A stretch of 64,000 nt of DNA from a virus, in IMG/VR virus record IMGVR_UViG_3300037840_000148, positions 32,001-96,000 of that record. One strand, given 5' to 3'. The notes below the pieces were generated by a model. That model saw only the letters and a list, made by a program, of their open reading frames with translations, had not been told where the DNA came from and did no database searches. Made by a program: the position numbers and the translations under genes. Shown piece after piece: positions 18,852-28,001 of the stretch. Numbering within the stretch: position 1 is the first letter of the stretch; each line of letters begins with the position of its first letter.

Positions 18852-19348
18852 TTCATCCCCGCTAAAGCCGCGACCTTCGCGGCATAAATTTCGGCATCTA
18901 ATCCTGAGCCGTTGTAATGCCGGATGCCTTGCTTCAATCCGTATTGCTGGACATTCCGAGCTAAAATTTCGACGCCGACATCCATGCTGTCTTCGGCTTT
19001 CAAAAGATTCTTATCACGGAAATTGTCATATTGACTCGCCCAGACTCGCGGCATGACTTGCAGGAGTCCAACGCCGCCATCCCGGCTGACAGCCAACGGA
19101 TCACAATTTGATTCGACGGCGATTACGGCTGCGATGACTTTAGCCGGAAGCCCCGATCTAATTGAGCTTCTAGCCGTCGATTCTGCCAACTGGAAGTCAC
19201 CGCAGCCTGCCCGACCGTACACACGGGCCGCATCGAACAAAGCTTCACGAAATTCCGGCCGGTCATAATCGGTTAAATTGACGGCCGGTTTTGAAAATAA
19301 AGATAACGATAAAGCGGATACTAGAATTGAAATCGTCTTGATATTCAT
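18848..19348 (-). CDS. Lytic transglycosylase (SLT domain) with N-terminal signal/SAR segment
   Basis: AVIAVES (catalytic Glu), AVS..GGVGLLQVMP, HYNG. Confidence 0.85.
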   Translation of the reverse strand: MNIKTISILVSALSLSLFSKPAVNLTDYDRPEFREALFDAARVYGRAGCGDFQLAESTARSSIRSGLPAKVIAAVIAVESNCDPLAVSRDGGVGLLQVMPRVWASQYDNFRDKNLLKAEDSMDVGVEILARNVQQYGLKQGIRHYNGSGLDAEIYAAKVAALAGMK

Positions 19349-19405
19349 TTATCCTCCTTTAAATTTAACATCCGGCCACCAGCAGCAAAAGTACAATCGT
19401 TCGCT

Positions 19406-19717
19406 TCATCGAGTCGGCTCCCCGGCCTCGGGTACAGCTTCGTATGTGGCCTCGAAAATGTCGGGCTTGCAGGGATAGAACTCGCCTTTAACACCCTTGA
19501 TGATCCAATCACCCGGAGAAGCCGTCATTGTTCCCTCAAGTGTCGGAATGTAGACATTGCCATCGGGAGGCGTGAATCCGATGCCAGTTACTATGTGCGG
19601 ATCGTCTGGTGCGTGCGGCAATTCGCCCATGAACAGGAACAGTTTCGCAATGCTGGACTCTCGACCATCCCATCGAATTGCTTCGATCACAACTGGCTTC
19701 TTTCGATACTTGCTCAT
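19406..19717 (-). CDS. Conserved phage protein (RKKPVVIEA..TLEG..PGDWII..YPCKPDIF family)
   Basis: Characteristic motif string. Confidence 0.8.
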   Translation of the reverse strand: MSKYRKKPVVIEAIRWDGRESSIAKLFLFMGELPHAPDDPHIVTGIGFTPPDGNVYIPTLEGTMTASPGDWIIKGVKGEFYPCKPDIFEATYEAVPEAGEPTR

Positions 19718-20133
19718 TTTCGACCCTCCTCTGCTCGCAACGCGGCGATTCTTTCCAATATCTCTTTTGGGCCATCATGGTGAACATATGCCCATTGCAA
19801 CGCTTCGAGTTTGGCCTTACGCTCAACCTCTGCCAGCGCGTCGGTTGGGGCGAGGGCAATAATTTCATTTGCTAATTGGTTAGCTAAACTTCGAGAATCT
19901 AAACGGTTTGATTTCAACCAGACCTGTACAGTGTCAGCCGCTATCCTTGCCATCGCCGCACCCGCCTCGGTTCTGGCTTGGGCTAGGTCGACTTTAAGGG
20001 CCTCTATCTCAGCGTCTCTAGCGTGCCAAGCAAGAGAAGCGGCTCCACGTTGCCCCTCGAAGTTCTCTTCCAGTTTCGGATCGGCCCAATCCATGTCTTT
20101 GATCCACTCCTCGAATGTCTTAGCCACGTTCAT
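19714..20133 (-). CDS. Hypothetical protein
   Basis: Coupled ORF, AWHARDAEIEAL. Confidence 0.6.
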   Translation of the reverse strand: MNVAKTFEEWIKDMDWADPKLEENFEGQRGAASLAWHARDAEIEALKVDLAQARTEAGAAMARIAADTVQVWLKSNRLDSRSLANQLANEIIALAPTDALAEVERKAKLEALQWAYVHHDGPKEILERIAALRAEEGRK

Positions 20134-20326
20134 CCTCCTGTCTCGCTCGCTTCCCGGCTTCCCCTTGTCGCAACTTGTTTAGAGCCTCGATCTCCATAGC
20201 GATGACTTCAAAGGTGTCGGCGATCAACTGCTTATCCTGATTGGTTACGCCGCTACGTAACGCCAGTGCATTTTCTCGAATCACTTCAACTCCGTCTTTC
20301 ATGGTTTCTCCTTTTTGGCTTCCCAT
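20120..20326 (-). CDS. Hypothetical protein
   Basis: Coupled small ORF; SD AGGAG before MKDG. Confidence 0.5.
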   Translation of the reverse strand: MGSQKGETMKDGVEVIRENALALRSGVTNQDKQLIADTFEVIAMEIEALNKLRQGEAGKRARQEDERG

Positions 20327-20466
20327 TGCCGTCGCAACTCCGCTCTTGGACTGCGAATTTCTGCACTGTCACATTTCGTGCAAATCCAAACAGACATCGT
20401 GTGAAACTGATCGTCATGATTCCAGTACCAGGAATGTCGGCAGAATAGCTGCTTTAGTCGTTTCAT
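20299..20466 (-). CDS. Small zinc-ribbon protein (LFCRHSW..CTKC)
   Basis: MKRLKQLFCRH pattern; ATGA coupling. Confidence 0.6.
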   Translation of the reverse strand: MKRLKQLFCRHSWYWNHDDQFHTMSVWICTKCDSAEIRSPRAELRRQWEAKKEKP

Positions 20467-21173
20467 TTCCGCACCACCAATCGAGCCAACTCCAATACTG
20501 GACATCCCGCAACATGCGGATGTGTGTTTAAGGACTCTGGTCGCGCTCCGCAAGGGCAATGCATCTCAATCTCGGCCACCAACTCTCTGATCGGCCTGAG
20601 CAATTCAGCCTTTTGTCTTAAGGTTGCAATTTCCTGATTCCTCGACGCTAAAACTTCCGCCAGTTCTTGCGTAATCTCTCGTCGCAACTCCGCATCGTGT
20701 TCTTCGAGTGAGACTTGCTTCGAGCCGATGAGGGCGAGGATGGCAGACTTGAGCGACTCAGCTTCGTCTCCCGCTGCCGATAGCACAGCATCTTGCTCCG
20801 GAGTGACATACTTCCCAGAGGCCATCAATCTGTTCTGTTTGGCATATTCGGCGCACAATTCAGCCGCCTCCCTCAGAGCCAAAGCCTGAGCCGCTTCGAT
20901 GTCGCGCTCCAATTTCTCAATGTAGGCGAGGATATCTTGTCGGCCCATATTGTTTAGGCTCTCGGCCATCTGCTTCCTCTGCAACTGCGTAATCGGAGCT
21001 CCTTCGATGTCGCGCTCGATCTGCGGGATGAGGGATTCGATATCATCAGCCCGATTGAGATAATTCCCTGCAAGCAACGAGCATGACGAAAGATGCGTTC
21101 CATCGTCTATCGCGTCCGCCATCTTCTTCCACTTCTCGACCAGTTTTCTCAGTGGTTGCGTAATAGGATTCAT
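20463..21173 (-). CDS. Hypothetical coiled-coil protein
   Basis: Helical, ALREAAELC; C-terminal CPCG..H..C. Confidence 0.6.
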   Translation of the reverse strand: MNPITQPLRKLVEKWKKMADAIDDGTHLSSCSLLAGNYLNRADDIESLIPQIERDIEGAPITQLQRKQMAESLNNMGRQDILAYIEKLERDIEAAQALALREAAELCAEYAKQNRLMASGKYVTPEQDAVLSAAGDEAESLKSAILALIGSKQVSLEEHDAELRREITQELAEVLASRNQEIATLRQKAELLRPIRELVAEIEMHCPCGARPESLNTHPHVAGCPVLELARLVVRK

Positions 21174-21236
21174 CGACCTCTCCCGACACAAGAATGCTGT
21201 GTCAACGCTACGATTCCAAGATCCTCTTTCTAATTC

Positions 21237-21265
21237 AGACTAACACAAAACCAATTTATTGTCAA
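21237..21265 (-). promoter_or_regulatory. sigma70 promoter
   Basis: TTGACA-N17-TAGTCT with TGn. Confidence 0.55.
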
Positions 21266-21273
21266 TAGTTATT

Positions 21274-21795
21274 TTAAAATTCTTTAGGACACTCGCAATC
21301 AAGACAAAGCGCGATAGGTTCGTGTTGCTCATAGAAATAAATTGGCGTCCGGCAGACTGAACACAATTCAGTAGGCAATGGCGGCGGGATAAATTTAGTC
21401 TTTTCACTCCAAATTGTCGACTCGCCGGGGTCAATGACGGCCCAACCGTCTTTGTCATATTGAAAACTTGTTGAGCCGGATTCTTCAATTTGTTTTTCCT
21501 TCTGGGCCTTCTTGGCTTCCTTTAATTGTTTCTTGACTGCGGCATTTGCTTCTTCTTGTGCTAATAATCGGTTATAATTTTCTAAAGCCTCCGAAGTAAT
21601 TGTTAAACCGGACAACGGCTTTGATTTCTTTAAAGCAATCAGTGGCTTGACTCGTTGAGTCAACCAAACCCAATTTGGTGGACCCTCCGTCCGGAATCCG
21701 GCCTTTTTCGCGGCTTGCTGGTCGTTGGACCAGTGCTCACCAGCCGTTAATTGCGCCTCGAACTGCTTGAATTGTTCGTTCCATATGATTTTCAT
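21274..21795 (-). CDS. Hypothetical protein with C-terminal zinc finger
   Basis: AKKAGFR..W; CSVC..CLDC. Confidence 0.65.
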   Translation of the reverse strand: MKIIWNEQFKQFEAQLTAGEHWSNDQQAAKKAGFRTEGPPNWVWLTQRVKPLIALKKSKPLSGLTITSEALENYNRLLAQEEANAAVKKQLKEAKKAQKEKQIEESGSTSFQYDKDGWAVIDPGESTIWSEKTKFIPPPLPTELCSVCRTPIYFYEQHEPIALCLDCECPKEF

Positions 21796-21832
21796 AAATT
21801 CGGATAACTAATACTTATCCATCTGTCAAGCA

Positions 21833-22024
21833 CTATTTTATGGCCATCAATCGCCGCATGGCGGCTTCGTATTGCTCGACCCCGTCTTGCCGCCCTGATT
21901 TACAGCACCACAAGTAATTCGTGCGTAATCTATTGCGCTCATGGACAGACGCGCCCGTTGTCGAGGTTTCGTATTGCGCTAGAAGAGCTTGATCCGGTTG
22001 TATTTTAAAGTCTTCGTAGGTCAT
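21833..22024 (-). CDS. Hypothetical protein
   Basis: 63 aa; SD AAGGAG. Confidence 0.6.
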   Translation of the reverse strand: MTYEDFKIQPDQALLAQYETSTTGASVHERNRLRTNYLWCCKSGRQDGVEQYEAAMRRLMAIK

Positions 22025-22149
22025 TAAAACTCCTTGTTTAGCATTCTTTTTATACCTTCTTCATCAATTTCACCAGTTATAAACTCTGCTAAAAGCAGCA
22101 TTAGAGTGAAGAAAACAATAAAACCACCGAATACAACCACGAATCCCAT
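22024..22149 (-). CDS. 41-aa single-pass membrane protein
   Basis: MGFVVVFGGFIVFFTLMLLLAEFITGEIDEEGIKRMLNKEF; SD GGAGG; TAATG coupling on both sides. Confidence 0.55.
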   Translation of the reverse strand: MGFVVVFGGFIVFFTLMLLLAEFITGEIDEEGIKRMLNKEF

Positions 22150-22196
22150 TAATCTACCTCCTCCGGTTGTATTTTGAAGTCTTCGTAAGCCTTCAT
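22149..22196 (-). CDS. 15-aa minigene duplicating the start of the 21833-22024 gene
   Basis: MKAYEDFKIQPEEVD vs MTYEDFKIQPDQ; SD AGGAG. Confidence 0.45.
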   Translation of the reverse strand: MKAYEDFKIQPEEVD

Positions 22197-22372
22197 GATT
22201 GTCTCCTAATTTCAGCCACCGAACGATAGCTGCCGGTGCACGGCACCCTAAGTCCCTCCGGGCCGGGTTGAAGATGCCAAGACAAAATTGGTTCGTTGTC
22301 CAAATTAACAGCGCCTAATTGATCGAACTCAATGATTCTTCCGCACTTTGGGCATTTACGTTTGGTCTTCAT
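22193..22372 (-). CDS. 59-aa zinc-ribbon protein
   Basis: MKTKRKCPKCG..WH..PCTGS; follows promoter directly. Confidence 0.55.
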   Translation of the reverse strand: MKTKRKCPKCGRIIEFDQLGAVNLDNEPILSWHLQPGPEGLRVPCTGSYRSVAEIRRQS

Positions 22373-22378
22373 AAACGT

Positions 22379-22407
22379 ATAATAGTATATTATCCGCCAA
22401 ATGTCAA
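22379..22407 (-). promoter_or_regulatory. sigma70 promoter, leaderless transcript
   Basis: TTGACA-N17-TATTAT; ATG 6 nt downstream. Confidence 0.65.
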
Positions 22408-22410
22408 GAG

Positions 22411-22749
22411 TTATTCTAGTCTCTTTTTCCTAGCCTTACTCTCCAAATACAGCCGTTGTGCTTCCACGAGTCCCGGCCGAATTAGCGCGGCTTGATACAT
22501 CTGGTAGCATAAATTGCAGACGTCGCCATACAAAACGACCCGGAAGTTCTCCGTGGTATCGCGGATCGGGTATCCGCAGCCGGGTGCGCTGCAGCGATTC
22601 GGCAGTTGTTCGAATATCCTGTCATACCCACGGACGTTTGATTGCAAAAGCCACGTATCAAGGTCTCTAGGAAACTTCTTCTCGGCGTCCTTGAACTTAA
22701 TTTCTAGTTCAAATACCCAACGTATGAAATCTTTTTCTCGGTCATTCAA
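22411..22749 (-). CDS. Hypothetical protein with zinc finger
   Basis: CSAPGC..CNLC. Confidence 0.55.
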   Translation of the reverse strand: MNDREKDFIRWVFELEIKFKDAEKKFPRDLDTWLLQSNVRGYDRIFEQLPNRCSAPGCGYPIRDTTENFRVVLYGDVCNLCYQMYQAALIRPGLVEAQRLYLESKARKKRLE

Positions 22750-22760
22750 ATGGCCCCCAA

Positions 22761-23270
22761 TTAACTGTTAATTCGTCTTACCCAATCACTGAAAAACGGC
22801 CTATCTTCCGGCTTCGCGGCAATGATGTTAATAACGTGTTGAACCATATTAGCTTTATAGTATGTCAACAATGATACCGGCTCGGCGGCGTTCAACGTTT
22901 CAAGCGTCACCGGCCCGAATATTGTGTCAGACGCAATCCCGAGAGAAAATTGCAGGACTTTGACAGCCGTTCCGACACCAAATAAAATACCGAGGTCGAA
23001 CAATTTGTTTGCGATAAACTGGTCTTTTATCTGGGAATATAAAGGCTTCCAGTACCCCTCTAAATAAATCTCAGCCGCTCTGTCAGTCGTGAGATTCTTG
23101 ATGTCTTCGTTAGGAAATTCCGCGGCGCTGATACCATACTTCGTGCCCTTTAATTCGCCGACGCCGACCTTTCCGCCGGTCCAGTTGCCGGAATCGTCGT
23201 GGAGGCATTGATAGCCGCCCTCGTGCGTGTCATCGATGGTTATGAGAAATGCGGTTTTAAAATCTGACAT
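22761..23270 (-). CDS. Endolysin, glycoside hydrolase 108 with peptidoglycan-binding domain
   Basis: HEGGY..D.G..TKYGIS..YW; DTIFGPVT; W..R. Confidence 0.9.
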   Translation of the reverse strand: MSDFKTAFLITIDDTHEGGYQCLHDDSGNWTGGKVGVGELKGTKYGISAAEFPNEDIKNLTTDRAAEIYLEGYWKPLYSQIKDQFIANKLFDLGILFGVGTAVKVLQFSLGIASDTIFGPVTLETLNAAEPVSLLTYYKANMVQHVINIIAAKPEDRPFFSDWVRRINS

Positions 23271-23378
23271 TTACTTAAAAACCCCCAATTTATAAAGCAT
23301 AAAACAAACACCAATCCATATTACGTCTGTTCCAAAAACAACAGGAATTATAAATTTCCAAAAATCTTTATTGCTCAT
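23271..23378 (-). CDS. 35-aa membrane peptide directly upstream of endolysin
   Basis: MSNKDFWKFIIPVVFGTDVIWIGVCFMLYKLGVFK; SD GAGGG. Confidence 0.5.
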   Translation of the reverse strand: MSNKDFWKFIIPVVFGTDVIWIGVCFMLYKLGVFK

Positions 23379-23401
23379 TTTAATACCCTCAATGAATGGC
23401 T

Positions 23402-23695
23402 TTATTTAAGCCTTTTCACAATTTCTCTTAAAACATCCGCCCGCTCTTCCCAAAACGAACCACCATGAAATTTATCATCAATCATTTGTAGTAACTCTTC
23501 ATTTGTCTTTGGAGAATCCGGCCGCTCGTGTTTGCAGCGTTGCTCCTCTGGTATTTGCATTAAAGCTAGATATCTTCTAGCCGTATAAAAATCCAAATCA
23601 ATATTATAGTCTTTATCAAGATGCAGTCCACACCTTATACACCAGCGGGCAGGTTTTCCATTGACGTACACATGATCGACCACCGTTTTTGCCAT
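23402..23695 (-). CDS. Hypothetical protein
   Basis: SD AGGAG before MAKTVV; CIRC. Confidence 0.55.
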   Translation of the reverse strand: MAKTVVDHVYVNGKPARWCIRCGLHLDKDYNIDLDFYTARRYLALMQIPEEQRCKHERPDSPKTNEELLQMIDDKFHGGSFWEERADVLREIVKRLK

Positions 23696-23702
23696 ATTGC
23701 TC

Positions 23703-23933
23703 CTAACTTTGCGCTCTGATTTCCATCTGTTCATCAATAAACTCAGCAATTTCCTTGAGGCACGCGGAATCATAGATATTGCTAAATTGATCATAAAATG
23801 CATACCGCCGCCATGCTGAATACCACTTTATCTGACCTAACAAGATATCCGTGTGGACTGACCGGACTTCCCAAATTTGTGTCAATCCAGTTTGACTCCG
23901 GCCAATCAAAATGAAGCTAAGATTTTGCATCAA
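23703..23933 (-). CDS. Conserved hypothetical phage protein
   Basis: LGQIKWYSAWRRYAF..CLKEIAEF. Confidence 0.65.
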   Translation of the reverse strand: MMQNLSFILIGRSQTGLTQIWEVRSVHTDILLGQIKWYSAWRRYAFYDQFSNIYDSACLKEIAEFIDEQMEIRAQS

Positions 23934-24180
23934 TAGTTGTTACTTCATTAAATTTAACAACAAACGGCTTTCCGGCAAAAACCTGTTTTGAAATTGAATC
24001 AAATTGGAAAAAATACCTTCTCTTTAATTTCACGGCTGTTGCGGACCACCCAGAAACTACGACATCTTTGAACCCGCTGCTTTTTAGAGCCTTAGCAAGC
24101 GGACAGTCAATGTTGCTTGAAAAATCGGCATCCTTTAGATGCCTCGCTGTAACCTTGATGCTCTTGATTTTTGCCATCAT
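23917..24180 (-). CDS. Hypothetical protein
   Basis: SD GAGGAGG; CPLAKAL. Confidence 0.6.
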   Translation of the reverse strand: MMAKIKSIKVTARHLKDADFSSNIDCPLAKALKSSGFKDVVVSGWSATAVKLKRRYFFQFDSISKQVFAGKPFVVKFNEVTTIDAKS

Positions 24181-24294
24181 TCCTCCTCTGGTTTGTTTTC
24201 TCCGTGATAGATTCCGTAATGACTCCTGACGAGACAGAAAGCGCACCACGGTTCACAAAAGCCTAGTTTATGCCTGACTGCTTGTACGAAGAAC

Positions 24295-24322
24295 AGTATA
24301 CATGAAATTAGCATTTTGTCAA
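24295..24322 (-). promoter_or_regulatory. sigma70 promoter
   Basis: TTGACA-N16-TATACT. Confidence 0.55.
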
Positions 24323-24432
24323 GTCTTTTCTTAGAAGTTTTTCCAATCGTCGAATCCGACTGATCGGAATCTTATAAATCTCAGCTAACTGCCTCGCAGT
24401 CGGGAATGGCGTCGTGATCATGATCGGTTTCT

Positions 24433-25002
24433 TCATAACGCTTTCTTTGGCCCACGGGCTTGATATTTATCCGGTTTCGCAACGAAACTTTCAAAATCCA
24501 CCGGAGCGTAATTTGTGTACTCGATAGCGAACAACCGCTGCCACGGATTATTTAACCGCTCGTGTTTCATGACATCATTGGCCGAAAAATCTCCATATTT
24601 TGGGTCATTAGGATGAAAACCGTGCCAGATATTGTGTAGATGCCCGTGCAAATTAAGCTCTGCCCCTTCCGGTAAAGACTTAGCGGGCTCGTGTGTCAAC
24701 CAACAGTTTCTAAACATCAAGCCGTCACATGCGAAATCAAATCCGGCTTTCATCCAACGGAGATTCGACCATTGCCGGTCGTGATTACCGCGAACAAGGA
24801 TCTTTTTGCCTGGTAATGCCGGTATAATCCAATCACTTTTCTTCCCGATTTGAACGTCTCCGAGATGGATTATCAAATCGTCCGGTTTCACGATTTGATT
24901 CCAATTCTTGATGATTCGCTCCGTGAAGTCCGTCGGGCGGTCGCAGTATGTCGTGATATTTTGATGATTAAAGTGGGTATCCGAGCAAATAAAAGTCTTC
25001 AT
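24433..25002 (-). CDS. Calcineurin-like metallophosphoesterase
   Basis: SDTHFNH, HLGD, GNHD, THEP, HGHLH. Confidence 0.9.
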   Translation of the reverse strand: MKTFICSDTHFNHQNITTYCDRPTDFTERIIKNWNQIVKPDDLIIHLGDVQIGKKSDWIIPALPGKKILVRGNHDRQWSNLRWMKAGFDFACDGLMFRNCWLTHEPAKSLPEGAELNLHGHLHNIWHGFHPNDPKYGDFSANDVMKHERLNNPWQRLFAIEYTNYAPVDFESFVAKPDKYQARGPKKAL

Positions 25003-25039
25003 GTCTTCGTCCTCTTCTGGAAACCAATTATCATGCCAA

Positions 25040-25171
25040 TCAACTATCTTTATCATAAGGTAGCGCTGCTGCTAATACCAAGACTGCCAAGACTAGAAAT
25101 ATCCATAATATCCATAAAATCCACCGGTCAGGAATCGATTGAAGAAAATACAAAAAGCTATAATAGCCCAT
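25040..25171 (-). CDS. 43-aa membrane peptide
   Basis: WILWILWIFLVLAVLVLAAAL fills the intergenic gap. Confidence 0.4.
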   Translation of the reverse strand: MGYYSFLYFLQSIPDRWILWILWIFLVLAVLVLAAALPYDKDS

Positions 25172-25511
25172 CTAGTGCTCCGATGCGGTAAAGGCGGTCT
25201 AGTTCGACTTGAAACCGCATCCCGTGGCCGCCATCTACAGGATAGCCTTTATAATCCTGTAAATCAAGATATGCGTGAGCCATTTCATGTAAAAGAACCA
25301 AGCTAGTAAGATTTTCATAACCCCTTAAACCGGAGTCAATCAAAATATACTTTTTATCGCTATTATAAACCCCGTCGGCATGCTTCATTCTGACCGTATT
25401 AGAAAAACCTACATAAGTCAGCATTATCTTGCTTTGAAAAAATTGAAAATTAAGTCGATCAAACTCTTTTTGGAGTTTCTTGTCCGTCATCTTTTTCATC
25501 TTTATTATCAA
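25158..25511 (-). CDS. SprT-like zinc metalloprotease
   Basis: FDRLNFQFF..LLHEMAH..HG..F. Confidence 0.8.
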   Translation of the reverse strand: MIIKMKKMTDKKLQKEFDRLNFQFFQSKIMLTYVGFSNTVRMKHADGVYNSDKKYILIDSGLRGYENLTSLVLLHEMAHAYLDLQDYKGYPVDGGHGMRFQVELDRLYRIGALDGLL

Positions 25512-26136
25512 TCCTCAATTCATATGTCCCGAGTTCAGCGACACATGTAAATAGCGTCCGGTCCCACTCAAGTTGTTTATCTACGTAATAATGCCCAAAA
25601 CACCACTCTTTCGGTTGATGGATATCAAACATCGCCTGTAAAGCTTCGGCTGTTCTGGACATCGAGCACTCCATCTTAGCCGTGAAATACGGCCCGACTA
25701 AAGTCATAAGAAGCATTTTAGCTATTTTAGACGGCGCTTCGTGCGACAAAACAAACTTCGGCTTGACAGTTTCATAAAAATCAATAGCTTTTTGAAGCTC
25801 TTCGTAACTCAATTCTTCATCCGGCCACCATGAAACGCCTGTTTGGCGCACCATTCTGTCAATTGAAAATGCCCCGGCGAGCCAGAATAGTTCATACTCA
25901 GGTAGGTATCCCCAATCACCGAGATAATTCGGGTGCTTTCGGCACTTCTCCGGATTATCGTGATTCCCCCGGAACCATTTATGGTCCTGGGACATATTAT
26001 GGACGACTACACCAGAAAAGCCGACGCCCATATCGCCAACTTGGATGCTTTTTTGACCATCCGGAAGATTACGAACTAAACGCTTATAGTCTCCAGTCTT
26101 CCCGTGGACATCTCCAATAACGACAATTTTAGTCAT
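25459..26136 (-). CDS. Calcineurin-like metallophosphoesterase
   Basis: GDVHG, GDMG, GNHD, GAFSIDR, SHEAP, FGH. Confidence 0.9.
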   Translation of the reverse strand: MTKIVVIGDVHGKTGDYKRLVRNLPDGQKSIQVGDMGVGFSGVVVHNMSQDHKWFRGNHDNPEKCRKHPNYLGDWGYLPEYELFWLAGAFSIDRMVRQTGVSWWPDEELSYEELQKAIDFYETVKPKFVLSHEAPSKIAKMLLMTLVGPYFTAKMECSMSRTAEALQAMFDIHQPKEWCFGHYYVDKQLEWDRTLFTCVAELGTYELRIDNKDEKDDGQETPKRV

Positions 26137-27058
26137 GTTGATCTCGATACCAATCGATTGTACGCCTTAAACCCGTCATTATATCAGTCTTTGGCTGGAA
26201 GTCAAGTAATTTCTTTGATCTAGATGTATCTAGACACCGCCTTGGTTGACCGTCTGGCTTATCTCGGTGAGTAAAAAATGGCCACTTATAACCAATAATT
26301 TCAGCTATTCTTTCTGCTATCCCAAAAATCGAAATTTCTTCACCGCTGCCGAGGTTAATTGGATCAGGCTCATTATAGATTTCCATCGCTTTGACAATCG
26401 CTTCGGCACAATCTTCAACATAAAGAAAGTCGCGTGTTGTAAGACCGGAACCCCACATATCAACAAACTTCTCATTATTCTTGACTGCGAAATCAATTTT
26501 CTTAATCAATGCCGGAATAACGTGACTTGTTTCAGAATCGAAGTTATCCCCCGGCCCGTAAAGATTTGTCGGGATCAAATAGATTGAATTAAAAAGATAT
26601 TGCTGACGTAATGCCTGACTATACGTCAATAATAGCTTCTTAGCCAGACCGTATGGCGCGTTTGTTTCCTCCGGATAGCCATTATGGATGTCTTCTTCCT
26701 TGAACGGCACCGACGTCATTTTAGGGTAGGAACAAACAGTCCCGACAGTCACGAGTTTCTCGATGTCGAAGTCTTTCGCGGCTCTCATTATTTCCAAACC
26801 CATCACGGCATTATCATATAGAAAGTCAGCCGGACTAGTTTGATTCGCACCGATTCCACCGACGTTAGCGGCTAAATGGATTACTATTTCCGGACCTTCT
26901 ATCGAAAACATCCCGTCAACGTCTGTTTGATTTGTAAGATCATACCGTTCGTGTGACGGAACAATGACGTCTGAATACCCCCGTTCCCACAGCTTCTGAC
27001 AGACGTGCTTGCCGAGAAAGCCGTGACCGCCGGTGACTAAAATACGTTTACTTAGCAT
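26129..27058 (-). CDS. fcl: GDP-L-fucose synthase
   Basis: [57 protein letters not shown]. Confidence 0.95.
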   Translation of the reverse strand: MLSKRILVTGGHGFLGKHVCQKLWERGYSDVIVPSHERYDLTNQTDVDGMFSIEGPEIVIHLAANVGGIGANQTSPADFLYDNAVMGLEIMRAAKDFDIEKLVTVGTVCSYPKMTSVPFKEEDIHNGYPEETNAPYGLAKKLLLTYSQALRQQYLFNSIYLIPTNLYGPGDNFDSETSHVIPALIKKIDFAVKNNEKFVDMWGSGLTTRDFLYVEDCAEAIVKAMEIYNEPDPINLGSGEEISIFGIAERIAEIIGYKWPFFTHRDKPDGQPRRCLDTSRSKKLLDFQPKTDIMTGLRRTIDWYRDQHD

Positions 27059-28001
27059 ATATTTCCGAGTTCACCATGATTTTTACTAATTCTTTGAACT
27101 TCACTTTTGGCGTCCAACCGAGTTTTTCCTTTGCGTAAGAGGCGTCTCCTAACAAGTTTTCAACTTCCGTCGGACGATAATACTTCGGGTCAACTTCGAC
27201 ATAATCTTCCCAATCTAGTCCAAGATATGTAAACGCCTCATAACAGAATTCACGGACTGAATGTGATTCACCGGTTGCTAGGACATAATCATCCGGAATA
27301 TCTCGCTGAAGCATCCGCCACATCCCTTCAACAAATTCCGGCGCGTATCCCCAATCTCTCGTGGCCGACAAATTACCGAGTCTCAGAACGCCGCGCAGAC
27401 CGCGATAAATCTCGACAGCACCTTTGACAATCTTCTGAGTTACGAATGTCTCGCCTCGCCGCGGTGATTCGTGGTTGAACAAAATCCCGTTTGAAACGTG
27501 CATCTTATATCCTTCTCGATAATTCCTTGCCATCCAATATCCATACAATTTAGAAATGCCGTACGGGCTGCGAGGCGCAAATTTTGTATATTCATTCTGA
27601 GGAACGCAAGTAGTATTACCAAACATTTCGCTACTCGATGCCTGATAAAACCTTGATTCAGGCACGATATCTCGAACGGCTTCTAATAAACGTAATGTTC
27701 CAATAGCATCAGCGTTAGTTGTGTATTCCGGGATATCAAAACTACTCCGAACGTGTGATTGTGCCCCCAATGCGTAAATTTCATCTGGTTTTGAATCATA
27801 TACTAGTTTTCGGATTGATCCGGTATCCGTTAAATCGGCATAAATCAAATTTAACTTATCAAAAATATGGTCGATTCTTCTAGTATTAAAACTAGACGAT
27901 CTACGTAAAGAACCGTAGACAGAATAACCCTTCTGCAATAAAAGTTCGGCGAGATAAGAACCGTCCTGGCCCGTAATTCCAGTGATCAAAGCACGCTTCA
28001 T
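27048..28001 (-). CDS. gmd: GDP-mannose 4,6-dehydratase
   Basis: [45 protein letters not shown]. Confidence 0.97.
   Translation of the reverse strand: MKRALITGITGQDGSYLAELLLQKGYSVYGSLRRSSSFNTRRIDHIFDKLNLIYADLTDTGSIRKLVYDSKPDEIYALGAQSHVRSSFDIPEYTTNADAIGTLRLLEAVRDIVPESRFYQASSSEMFGNTTCVPQNEYTKFAPRSPYGISKLYGYWMARNYREGYKMHVSNGILFNHESPRRGETFVTQKIVKGAVEIYRGLRGVLRLGNLSATRDWGYAPEFVEGMWRMLQRDIPDDYVLATGESHSVREFCYEAFTYLGLDWEDYVEVDPKYYRPTEVENLLGDASYAKEKLGWTPKVKFKELVKIMVNSEIYAK

Noticed and set aside
24181-24290. Riboswitch or ncRNA in the long leader
   Set aside because: Only one 7-bp pairing (CCGTGGT/ATCACGG) and no recognisable family; needs an Infernal search
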